A stretch of 62,709 nt of DNA, counting the filler, from Diploschistes diacapsis (lineage: Eukaryota): NCBI GenBank assembly GCA_023645945.1. It is 12 parts of 12 records of this genome, joined end to end, with 100 filler letters (N's around TTAATTAATTAA, not from the genome) between each part and the next. Parts side by side here need not be neighbours in the genome. Positions count along the whole stretch, not along the records: positions 32,698 to 35,955 come from JALAIB010001968.1; positions 36,056 to 39,312 come from JALAIB010001969.1; positions 39,413 to 42,669 come from JALAIB010001970.1; positions 42,770 to 46,025 come from JALAIB010001971.1; positions 46,126 to 49,367 come from JALAIB010001972.1; 7 more parts are not named here. The stretch is one strand, 5' to 3'. The translations under genes were made by a program, and so were the position numbers. How positions within the stretch are numbered: position 1 is the first letter of the stretch; each line of letters opens with the position of its first letter. The notes under the pieces are model-generated. The model searched no databases and was not told where the DNA came from. It worked only from the letters and a program-made list of their open reading frames with translations. Of the stretch, positions 35,600-46,329 are shown one piece after another.

Positions 35600-35955
35600 T
35601 AATCTATATACACGCTAAATTAGGTCCCATATAAATTTATATATACATTTCCTTTAATATTTATATCACGTGATAACATTTCTTATTATTAAAATTCTTT
35701 ATTTTATATATATTTTAGAATTTTTTTTAAAGCTTAATATATCGTTTATTAAACTATTTAAATAATTAATATTTAAATAACCTTTTTGCGATATTATTAA
35801 TTATTAATTAGTTTTACGCGTTTTATATTTTATCCTTTTTTTCTTCTCTTTCTTTTATTCTTATATTAATATTTTTATAAATTTTATCGCCGTCGTTACC
35901 GTTATTATCGCTACCGTCTTTTCCTTTATTTTAATTTTAGTAACTTTTCGCTTCC
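35600..35955. repeat. AT-rich, TpA-rich relic (probably a RIP-degraded repeat)
   Basis: Abrupt fall in GC, abundant TA, residual CG dinucleotides, located at a contig end. Confidence 0.7.
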
Positions 35956-36055
35956 NNNNNNNNNNNNNNNNNNNNNNNNNNNNNNNNNNNNNNNNNNNNT
36001 TAATTAATTAANNNNNNNNNNNNNNNNNNNNNNNNNNNNNNNNNNNNNNNNNNNN
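35956..36055. other. Artificial contig linker
   Basis: N44-TTAATTAATTAA-N44. Confidence 0.98.
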
Positions 36056-36387
36056 AAGCAATCTGACTAACCTATTTAGGTTAGTATTCCGACACCGTGC
36101 TTTTATTATAATATAATATCCGTGGAAATATTCGTGTTTTAAAATTTTAACGATAATGTCCGTGATAATATCGTGTTTAAAATTTTTTGGCGATAATGTT
36201 CGTAAAAATATCTATATTTTAAAATTTTTAATCGTAATATCCGTGTCCGTGCTTTTATTATAATATAATATCCGTAGAAATATCCGTGTTTTAAAATTTT
36301 AACGATAATGTCCGTAACAGTATCGTGTTTAAAAATTTTTCTCGATAGTGTCCGTAGAAGTGTCCGTGGCACGAAACGGCCAGCCTA
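36056..36387. mobile_element. Degenerate DNA-transposon-like end with subterminal repeats (possibly hAT/MITE-like), RIP-mutated
   Basis: 152-nt-period direct repeat (36095 vs 36247), many CCGTG/TCGTG motifs, ends in GGCACGAAACGGCCAGCCTA. Confidence 0.45.
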
Positions 36388-37065
36388 GTTTAAACGCATT
36401 ATCTGTTGCCGGTTTTGTCGGTTTCGTTAATTTCACGTACTGCATAGGTTTTCGCACGTTCTCGTCTAAAAAAAAACTTTATATTATATATTTTTAAATA
36501 AACTTTTATTTTTAAGGAACTTACCTAATAGCTCAAGACTTTCTTTAAAAAATCATTTCACTTATATAATTCAAGCATAGCTGTATCTAGGCGGGTTTTT
36601 CGTATAAAAAAAGCTCAGCACACGGGTCAAACACTCTATTTGATATTTTATTTGAATAATAATGTTTTGTTTCGATGCGATACCAATACTGTCAAAGAAA
36701 AATCAAAAACATAATCAAAACCGTAATATAAAATGCTCGGAATCTAAGGATTGCCGGATGGACTTTCAAACATTCTTGCTGAGTAGAGAAGATATCTTCT
36801 ACCGAATTTTTCCTACTCAATACCTGTATGATCTGGGAGTGTTACATAACGGGCTTTGGGAATAAGGCAGAAAAGAAGAACTAGAATAAGAAGTTGCGCT
36901 GCCCGTTTGAATTACCTTGTATCATATATACATTCAATCTCTGGCTCGGTTTTACACTCAATCAATGCTTGATCACAAATTACATTGAAAAGGTCCATCG
37001 AGAAAACAAAAGAGTGGAACCCAAACACATGCGAGAGAGCTAGTATTTATCATCGTTTACGTTCA

Positions 37066-38414
37066 TCAATCGCCGTTAGATAACAGACTTGCAGCATCCC
37101 TAGCACCACTAACAGCGAGTTTGTCCGCCTCAACATTGCCTTGCAGGTTGGCGTGGCCCTTGATCCATTCGAAGTGGGTTTCGATTCCCATGTGTTCCCT
37201 TTCGGAAATTTTGGCACGAATGCCTTCTACAAGGTCCCTGTTTTCGACTGGCTTTCCATTTGACGTCTTCCATCCTCTCCCTTGCCATCCCTTATACCAC
37301 ACTGTTGCGCAATTGATGCCATACTGACTGTCAGTGATAATGGTAAGGTCTCGATCTTTTGGAGCAGTATCCAATGCACGACTGATAGCCATGAGCTCAG
37401 CTCGTTGATTAGTCTGGCGAATGCCCGGTAGTGGTTCGGAGATGTTTCTACGGGATCTGTTCTCAAGAAATGAACCACTTCACGTCCAGTCGGGACTTAC
37501 CTAGGGTCGCTATTGCCAAAATAAACCCCAACGCCAGCGAAAGCCCCAACCTGGCCATTTCGTAATGCGCTACCATCGGTATAAACCCTCAACATGCTGC
37601 CCGCAGCAGGTTTGACAGCCTGTGCTTTAGTGGCTGCTAGTTGGCTACGCGTTTTGACTATCACATTGCCGGTACCCGGCTCGAGGAAAATATTTGGATC
37701 GAACCCGTCCTCTGCACCGGGAGGAAGATTCAGACCTGGCTCATACGGAACGGCTTCCGTTTCTTTATTGCAATGGCTTTGGTTTTTGCCTTTGACAGGT
37801 GCACTCGTAGTTTTCTTCAGCTTCTTGTTGCTGACTCCGCCAAACTCTGTATGAGGTCGGGCTCCTAATACTGCTTCCACTCCATTGTCCAGGTCATTGC
37901 CAGATTTCACCTCGTCGCCGTCCAGGAATCGTTGCGCTTCAGCACGACTTATAAAGCACTTGTGCTGCGGCTTGGTCCAACCTGTAATTTGCTTTTGTGC
38001 CGTTGGCCAGTCGGTGTAAATGCCCGGAGCTCTGCCCACGCGCACAGCATAGAACTTGGAGGTTGGGTCTTTACTGCAAGGGTTCACGATATGTTCCCCT
38101 TTTAGATATCCTTCAGCCTCAGGTAAAGTGGTAAATGATTTGTCTAGAGGCACGAGTGAGTAATTATGCCGAAAATTGTAGCTTGAAGTCCTACATAACG
38201 CGCCTTTGACACCCTTGACTTGGGTGGCACATTCAGCCCAGGAATAATAAATTCCTGGTTGGTGACCTGATTTCACACAGTAAAACTTGGGGTGAGCGAC
38301 ATGCTTTCTCTTTTGCCCCACAAGGTCTGGGCCTTGAGAATATGCGGCAGTAAGAGGGACACTTGACCCTGGAATATCGGGTTTCAGGGCCGATGAGTCC
38401 TTAGCGAGCAACAT
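37066..38414 (-). CDS. RNH1: Ribonuclease H1 with two N-terminal hybrid-binding (viroplasmin-like) domains (3 exons)
   Basis: KFYCVKSGHQPGIYYSW and KFYAVRVGRAPGIYTDW; catalytic YTDGS, TNQRAEL, ITDSQY and WIKGH...GNVEADKLA; introns 38194-38144 and 37500-37448; first ATG at 38414. Confidence 0.93.
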
Positions 38415-39099
38415 GGAAAGAAAACGATAATGGCGCCCCAGCCGGGTAAGGTAAAACACGGAATGGATACCGTGTGAATTTGTGCGGCGGACTCGATGGA
38501 CTAGCTTGGTCCACGCAGAGTGAGCCTTTCGTTCGAATGCCTTACGCAGATATTAGGTGAAAACAATTAACATCGGATGTTCAATATTGAGTATAGCTAT
38601 TTTTGTAGAAAGCAGACAATGAGAGTCCATGAGAAGGTAGTTGAGAGTCGTAAAGATAGAGATAGGTGTTTGCTCTTGATAGAGGGACAAGATGCCTCTA
38701 GGCGCTCTCTGCAGCGGTCGCTAAGCTCACTTGTCACGTTCTAAAAGTAATGGTCCCTGTTCCATATTACACCAAGATTTTGGCATTTCACGAGGCTCCC
38801 ATTTCACCAACTAAAAACCCAAAAATCGAAGATTTACACGAAGCATTTAAAAATACAATTGAGATATTTAATTCTTTTTTAAATCTTTTAGTACCTGTCT
38901 GTAAGGCCTGCGGGGTTACACATCTGCCTCGGCTGCCACAGTCACGCACTGTAAAGGGTAGAATACGACAATGTGGCAAGATGGCTGTACGCAGGGCAGA
39001 TTCATGCTAGGACTAATTACTAAAGAAGAGGAGAGAGTAAGAAAAGCAAAATCCCCCTTTAAGTACCAGCAAGCTAAGACCCTGAACGCCGCTTATCCG

Positions 39100-39312
39100 A
39101 TTATTAATATACTTCTAGTTTAACCTTATAATTATTTCTTCTTTTCTTATTTTGGTTTTTTAGAATTATTTTCATGGTCCTCTTTTTACATATTAAAATA
39201 AATTAAATAATTAATTTAATTTATATCGTTATTATTTAAATTTTTTATATAATCGAGCTTGATTAACACGTTATATCCGGGTCTTTCGCGTAAGTTACGT
39301 AACGTGTTTGAC
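39100..39312. repeat. AT-rich RIP-like relic at contig end
   Basis: TpA-rich and low GC. Confidence 0.6.
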
Positions 39313-39412
39313 NNNNNNNNNNNNNNNNNNNNNNNNNNNNNNNNNNNNNNNNNNNNTTAATTAATTAANNNNNNNNNNNNNNNNNNNNNNNNNNNNNNNN
39401 NNNNNNNNNNNN
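39313..39412. other. Artificial contig linker
   Basis: N44-TTAATTAATTAA-N44. Confidence 0.98.
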
Positions 39413-40235
39413 GTTTTAGATTATATATAAGAACGTCGTTATAGCTTCTTTAAATTCTGATATGTTTATTTTTATAAATATCTTTAACGATTATTCGAGA
39501 TTAATTTATATTCGTTTATTTTTATTATTAGATAATAATCTTTTTAGAAATTAGAACAGACCTATTATCGATCTATTTCTTTTCCTTCTATACTCCTCTT
39601 CTATCAGAAACCAAACCCACCTTAATCAATACCTCGTGTCTACGTTGTAGAAATAGAGATCATAACAGCCATGCCTTCTGCCTGTCTGCTCAACAAATAT
39701 TATTAATATTATATTATAATCGTTTAATTTTTTTTTGCTTACGTAATATATTAATAAAAAAATGATTGCCTCGCCATCTTTGCCAGCTTTTGCCAGTTTC
39801 GCCAGTTTCGCCGTGTTTCGCCAAACCTTTTGGCGAAAGTTGGCGAGTCGCTTGAACGCATTATCTGTCGCCCACCTTGCCGGTTTCGTCAGTTTCGCCA
39901 ACCTCGCGGATTTTCGCGGTGTTTCGCCGCCAAAAACTTTTCGTGATGTAACTCGTCGTTGAAAAATAATAATTAACGAACTTCGTTTATAATATAATGT
40001 AACGTACGATTCTTATTTAATTATAAAACGGTATATTTATATTTATATTTTTTATTATTTCGACGACGATAAAACGTTATGAAAGAAATTCCGTATCGTT
40101 TATTAATTTATCGTACGGAGTTATATTCTTTATATTGTAAAGTATATAATGCGAAAGCGATTCGGCCTTCTTAAATATTTATAATAAAAGAATGTTATCG
40201 TACGAAAGATGAAAATGTTAAGAAATACACTTTAC
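39413..40235. repeat. AT-rich RIP-like repeat relic containing a TTTCGCCA-rich block
   Basis: TpA-rich flanks; the 39851-39900 segment matches 36389-36435 on another contig. Confidence 0.65.
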
Positions 40236-40676
40236 GAAAATGCAGGGATTGTGTTCCGCTTGGTAGTATATTCCGTTGCGTGGTGTAACACGTTAGTCCT
40301 GCGCTTCGCTTAGGAATCAACACGCGTTTGGAACGAAAACAGCTTTGACCAAGCTTCACAACGCCACAGTTCACCTCACAATGGAGTATCATATAAGCTC
40401 ACCTATCAAGTGTAGAACAGTGGATTAGGTCAAGGAAGGAGCTTTATTTCGTGTAGTTCAAGATTTTGAACCAGGCGCTTATAGTAGCTTGACTGATAAA
40501 AAGGCTAACCTGTATCATACATGAGGTAATCCAAAAACACGCATCTGAACCCAACTGTGCGGACATCTATTGTAGCAGCAGACATATTACTTTCAAGACT
40601 GAATTAGACATCTTGACTAAACGATCAGTGAATTAGTGGAAAAGAAGTAAAGAAGAAATTACCGCCTTTGATTGAA

Positions 40677-41307
40677 ATGGTATTATCCACAACATAATTC
40701 CCTGAATATACTCACTGACCTCCGTAAGCCCCCCAAAAGGCGGCAACCCCAGGCAAAGGCAGCCGCAAAGGACAAGAAACCAGCGCGCCAAAGCAAGCTC
40801 GCTAAGGAGAACAACATCTCGGCCGCCGAGGAACTCGAGATCAAGGAAGCCTTCTCATTGTTTGCCTCGCCTCATCCGGACTATCCATCCATCAAAGAGG
40901 GCGCTATACCAGCCTCTGCCGTTCGGCGAGTCCTCGCAGCTCTCGGTACACCGCCGAGCTCTTCGGAAGAACTTCAGGAGCTTCTCGAAGCAGTGGATCC
41001 TGACGACTCCGGCTTCGTTCCGTACGACCATTTCATCGCGATTGCGGCGCTAAAGCTTAACAATCGATCCGACGATGATCGGCGAGAGGAGGTCGAGGCA
41101 GCCTTCACTCTGTTTACTGGGGGTAGTGGAGAAGAAAAGATCACCATTTCAGCGTTACGGCGAGTGGCTAGAGAGCTCAAGGAGGAGGTCGACGACCAAC
41201 TTCTCAAAGACATGATCAATGAGGCAAACGGTGGCTCTGGCCTTCATCATGGCGTTGGCTTGTTCGAGTTCGAAGGAGTCATGAAGCGGGCTGGTGTCTT
41301 TAAATAA
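40677..41307 (+). CDS. Centrin/calmodulin-like EF-hand protein (ATG-only first exon)
   Basis: ATG, intron 40680-40728 (GTATTA...CTGAC...AAG), then PPKRRQ...; EIKEAFSLF, DPDDSGFVPYDHF and ITISALRRVARELKEEVDDQLLKDMINEA. Confidence 0.85.
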
Positions 41308-42669
41308 GGCATACAGATTTTATTCACTTCTGGCCCTTGATGTCTACAACAGTACGACCGCTTGTCTTAACACCATTTGAGTTTTTGTGGTCAGCCATAT
41401 TACGGGGGAGAGGCTTGAAGAGGCGCATATTACAACGGCCAATACTGTTTGACTCTGCAGGTTTAATCCACGCCCAAGTCTGTTTCCTCGACAAGCTCTC
41501 TATTCTTCGACGACTGTATACCTGCACGCTTCCTGGACGTCGGTCTGAATACATATTGCAGAATTCTATTAGAGGCAATCTCATTCAGAGGTCTATCCTA
41601 CGCTCCCAGACACAAGAAATTTCATATCGCTAAACCGTACCAGAAAGAAGCTTGAAAATATGCTTCATGGAAAGCATATTTGACAAGCATATAGACATCA
41701 ATCTGTCATTCCGAAACGAGTTCGCCTTGGTAACTACCATATTGACATCAATATGCACGTGAACCACTGGGACGTGCCTACAACCGGACTAGCACCTCCT
41801 CAGACACCCTTATGGAAATACATACAGCAACCTGGGTTCGCGCAGTCAGCAAACAGCTTAAGTCCCTTATAGCTTCGCCGTTTCCTCCGACGTATGGGTC
41901 GCCCACGATAAAGTCAACGTCTTTGGGCACAGCGGCACGAAGGACCAGGCCTAACTGGGCGGGCTATCCCGCTTGGGCATCGTGGCTGATGCAGCATGTT
42001 TTCAAAGAACGGGACTCACGGTAGACATCTACTTCAAAGATGGCACCCTCGTCGTGAATTTCTGCAATTCTCGTAGGCACGGCTTCACCATTTTTAATCG
42101 TACCCGCTACCAGCAGCTGCTCCGCCAACTCTCTACCTCCATCCTACTCACATCCATCATTACCCTCACTAGTTACCGCCTTCGTCCCACACATCTCACC
42201 CGCACCGAAAAAGCTAAACGAAAGCCTACACATAGGCCTCTTCAGCGAAGCCGAAGAACTGAAACGCCGCGACTCGAAGGTACGACACGCCCAACAACAC
42301 CCATCACCATCTCTCGCAGCCGGTGGCCTGGTACCCAAGCTTCTTCCTCTCCGCCCTCCATGGCGGGACCTCTAGCATCGCCATCCAGGCCACCATCGCC
42401 CCCTTCCTTCTCAGCCATAGTTTCAGCAACGGTCCGGACGCGAATACGGGGGTGGGAAAATGTCTGGCGCGGTGCGTTGCGCGGTGAATCTGGGTTAGCG
42501 ATGGCAGCAGGGTGTACGCGCAGTGTAGCAGAACGTTGCGGCCAAGCGGCCCGAGCCTGAATCATGCTTGTGGTGCATCTATCGCAGGATGAGGGGGATG
42601 GGAGCTGTGCACAAGGTGCTGCTGGGACGGGCGATACCGGCGGGAGTGGGGGATGGGGAGTATGCAGGG

Positions 42670-42769
42670 NNNNNNNNNNNNNNNNNNNNNNNNNNNNNNN
42701 NNNNNNNNNNNNNTTAATTAATTAANNNNNNNNNNNNNNNNNNNNNNNNNNNNNNNNNNNNNNNNNNNN
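42670..42769. other. Artificial contig linker
   Basis: N44-TTAATTAATTAA-N44. Confidence 0.98.
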
Positions 42770-43368
42770 GGCTTGCAGTCGAGCCTCAAAATAGGAATCA
42801 AACATTGTCAACCCACAGTTGTGAAAAAGTGGGGCTTTTGGGGCGGGGCTGACAGAACTAGTAGCACACAAGCTCGTCTTCCTAGACCATGTTTCCTTCA
42901 CTAGCCCCAAAAATCTCCAGCAACAATGGAATCAAACATTGTCAACCCAGAGTTGTGAAAAAGTGGGGCTTTTGGGGCGGGGCTGACACAACTAGTAGCA
43001 CACAAGCTCGTCTTCCGAGACCATGTTTGCTTGCAAGCCCCAAAATTCTCCAACAACAATGGGGCGGCTTGCAATCGAGCCTCAAGATAGGAATCAAACA
43101 TTGTCAACCCAGAGTTGTGAAAAAGTGGGGCTTGTGCGGCTGGTCTGACGACCCGAGCTGGACTCATGCCGACCTTTCTATACCATGTTTGCTTGCAACC
43201 CCCAACAATCTCCAGCAACAATGGGGCAGCTTGCAGTCGAGCCTCAAGATAGGAATCAAACATTGTTACTCAGAGTTACAAAAAAGTAGGGCTTTTGGGG
43301 CTGGGCTGACAGTACTAGCGGCACACAAGCTCGTCTTCCTAGACCATGTTTCCTTGACCAGCCCCAAT
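42770..43368. repeat. Tandem array of a ~162-bp unit (about 4 diverged copies, truncated by the contig start)
   Basis: gcttgcartcgagcctcaarataggaatcaaacattgt recurs at 42770, 43066 and 43228; the second copy carries a ~28-nt deletion near 42930. Confidence 0.92.
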
Positions 43369-43546
43369 TGTATTGCATGCAGAATCAAGGGCCGCACCTA
43401 CACCCGTGTTCAATCTAGATGTTGTGAGCAGGAGGACTAGTCAAGATTGTGTTTGCTGCCACTGTGAAAGCATGGTACCGTTTTGCCACACAACATTCCG
43501 GGTTACATACTGCAGCAGATGCAAGACTTGTTCTTGCTGTAGATGC

Positions 43547-44961
43547 CTATATCCGCTGTTTGCTCAAAATGTGCCTCCTCACATTCCACCCACTTGTCCT
43601 TGCTCTGGACCTGAGTTGGACAATTGCCATGTCCCTGTAAACGCAATCTGCTTTGCGTTTGTTGATTCTTGCATCAATGGTTGTGAGTTTCTTCTCCGCC
43701 TCGACCTTATCTTCTCGAATCTTCCTCTCTAAAGCGTCCTTCTGTTGTTGAAACTTCCTCTCTACCTCGTACTTCTCTTTTTGAACCTTGTGCCTCTCTT
43801 TTTGGTCTTGCTCTAACTCAAGAGTCTGTGATATCTTCCTTGACTCTTCTTGCTCAAGCACATCACGTGCCTATACGTCCCATATCAGAAAGCTTCGGCT
43901 ACATCTGTTAAAATTGGAACGATACAGAGATCACTGATATCGTTGCTAAGTGTTACTTGCTTTTCGTCACGCTTACCATGACTAGCTCTTGGCAGTATTT
44001 GCGCAGCTGTTCATCCACGGCGTCATCAACGGTCTCATTCTCGTGTTGAGGCTGGTGCAGCTGTTCATCCATGGCGTTATCTACATTCTCATTCTCTACA
44101 AACATAGATTCCTCGTGTTGAGGCTAGTGCAGCTGTTCATCCATGGCATCATCAACAGCCTCAGTCTCGTGTCGAGGCTGCTGCAGCTCTTGACAATCAT
44201 CATCAACATCCTGCTGCAAGATGATCATGTTAAAAATAAAATGTGGCAGCATATCTCTCAATTCAGCACAGGGACCTCAGACACCTGACTGCTTGCAGAA
44301 TCGTCCGGATCTTGACTAGTCGACTCCGTCAACCCCATGAGCAAGAGAGCCGCCTTCTTTTCCGCGTTCTTGGCCCTCTTGTTCTCAAGATGCAGTTCTC
44401 GCTGCCGCCTGTGTTCTGCAGTGGTGACTGGCTGCACCACCTTGTATTCATGTTCAAGAAACTGTTCATTGATGCTGCTACAGACAAGCTGGATCACACT
44501 CTTGGCAATCTCTCCTGCACGTCACCTCGAGTGTTCAGGCTTTCTTCGTGACTGGTCATTCAAACTCATCAGGATATGTGGAAACTTACCTTCTGCCAGT
44601 CCCTTTTGCTGCTTCTCAGTATCAAACCACTCTTGGCCTTTGTTCTGTTCCACCTGTTGCAGCGGGGTTAGGATCGGTCTCCTCTATTCATGATAGTAAC
44701 CAATCAGAAATCTGGACGTACCCAATACAAGAGATAGGAGCAGCCTTTATCAATGATGTGCTTCCTGGTTTCAGGGAAAGAATTGAGGGGCTGACCACAG
44801 AGACAGATTGAGGTACAGGGTTTCCTCAGGTGCACATATGTAGTGGGCTTGTCGAGCTGACAGTAATGCTTTATGAGATCATCGCTTATAACTGGCTTGT
44901 GCTCATCAACAAGCTTCTTTAACTGAGTCATCAGCCCGGTAGGCAGTCTCATTGCAGGCAT
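43547..44961 (-). pseudogene. Decayed coding sequence (coiled-coil and acidic repeats), possibly mobile-element derived
   Basis: Co-oriented protein-like fragments at 44704-44961, 44258-44497 and 43547-43861 plus 54-nt coding repeats, interrupted by stops and frameshifts. Confidence 0.4.
44003..44210. repeat. 54-bp minisatellite (about 4 copies)
   Basis: gcagctgttcatcc at 44003, 44057 and 44129; variant at 44183. Confidence 0.9.
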
Positions 44962-45097
44962 GACAAGCTTCTCGAACCACGTGAAAAGAAATGGAGTGGC
45001 TGTACCAGTCTGCTAAGCTTAGGGTTTGAGAGTAGGTTTCACTTCAAGGTTTCGGAGCCAATATTGCTTGATTGCCAACATCCTATTTTTTGAAGCC

Positions 45098-45481
45098 ATT
45101 GTTGTGCCAAATTTGGAAGGTTCAACAATGTTCCCGATTTTGGTTCTTGTAAGGTTGATGGTGTGTTTGCAAACTTGTGGAGAATACATTGTCTACAATG
45201 ACACTCAAATGACCTTTACCCAGAGTTGTGAGAAAGTGGGGCTTTTGGGGCGGGGCTGACAGAACTAGTAGCACACAAGCTCGTCTTCCTAGACCATGTT
45301 TGCTTGCAAGCCCCAAAAATCTCCAGCAACAATGGGGCGGCTTGCAATCGAGCCTCAAGATAGGAATCAAATTGTTGTGCCATATTTGGAAGGTTCAACA
45401 AAGTTCCCAACCTTGGTTCTTGTAATATTGGTGGTGTGTTTGTGGAGAATACATTGTCTACAATGACACTCAATTGACCTT
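45098..45481. repeat. ~115-bp direct repeats bracketing a solo copy of the 162-bp array unit
   Basis: attgttgtgcca.atttggaaggttcaacaa...acactcaa.tgacct at 45098-45216 and 45371-45481; array unit at 45218-45371. Confidence 0.88.
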
Positions 45482-46025
45482 GCAAGGAATTGCGCCAGCA
45501 TGCTAATATGCTCGTCAGATCTAGGCTTAAAACCTCAAGGCTGCTTTGTCTGTTGCTTGGCTCGGCTCAGCTTGCAACGCTTTTGCATGCCACAACAAGA
45601 TCTGCCCTTTGGTGACAGGAGTCTTACTTTTGTCACGAGGCATTATGTCAGTGTCTTTTCGGCTAGCCGGTCTACCTCCTTTGGCTCTGCTATCGGGCAC
45701 CGGCTCAGCAAAGTTGACAGCATCGCGCAATTCTGCCAAAGACAAGCCAGAAGGCTGATTGCGTGTTACAGATCAGCCATGACAACTCATTGCCTGAGCT
45801 AGCCCAACTGTGTGCATCTTCTCAATGGAACGAGACATACAAGGGTAGGCTTGAACGAATGCGTTTGTACAGACAACAAAAATCCCATGATGATGCTGCT
45901 TACAGGAAGGCTGTCATCCATAGTAACAACGCACGAACCCTGCTGAAGCGGCAAGACCCTGAGTATCGAGCACACGAGGCAGCTCTGCAGCGCAAACATC
46001 GCCAAAACGCGAAGGCCTCTTTGAA

Positions 46026-46125
46026 NNNNNNNNNNNNNNNNNNNNNNNNNNNNNNNNNNNNNNNNNNNNTTAATTAATTAANNNNNNNNNNNNNNNNNNN
46101 NNNNNNNNNNNNNNNNNNNNNNNNN
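46026..46125. other. Artificial contig linker
   Basis: N44-TTAATTAATTAA-N44. Confidence 0.98.
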
Positions 46126-46329
46126 ACTTTCCCCCCTTCCCCCCTTCCCCGGGTGCCTGCACAAAAGCCGATCCTGACGCAACATCCATCACCTCAACAT
46201 CAACCGTCGCCGCTCCTTCCCACCTCCCAACTCCCAGCAACCTCGCTGCGCGTATAGGTTGCATGCTCTTTGGAGACTTTTCCTTTGGCAATTCGATCAC
46301 GGTCGTTCAACCTACAAATCATATACGCA

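Noticed and set aside
37066..38414. RNase H as part of a retrotransposon, given AT-rich repeat flanks
   Set aside because: It has introns and two hybrid-binding domains and lacks RT, integrase and gag, so it is the cellular RNase H1
42770..43440. CRISPR-like array, or a real 183-aa repeat protein (ORF 42889-43440)
   Set aside because: Units are contiguous with no unique spacers and no cas genes. The ORF follows from a 162-nt unit lacking stops, and a 28-nt deletion breaks frame between copies.
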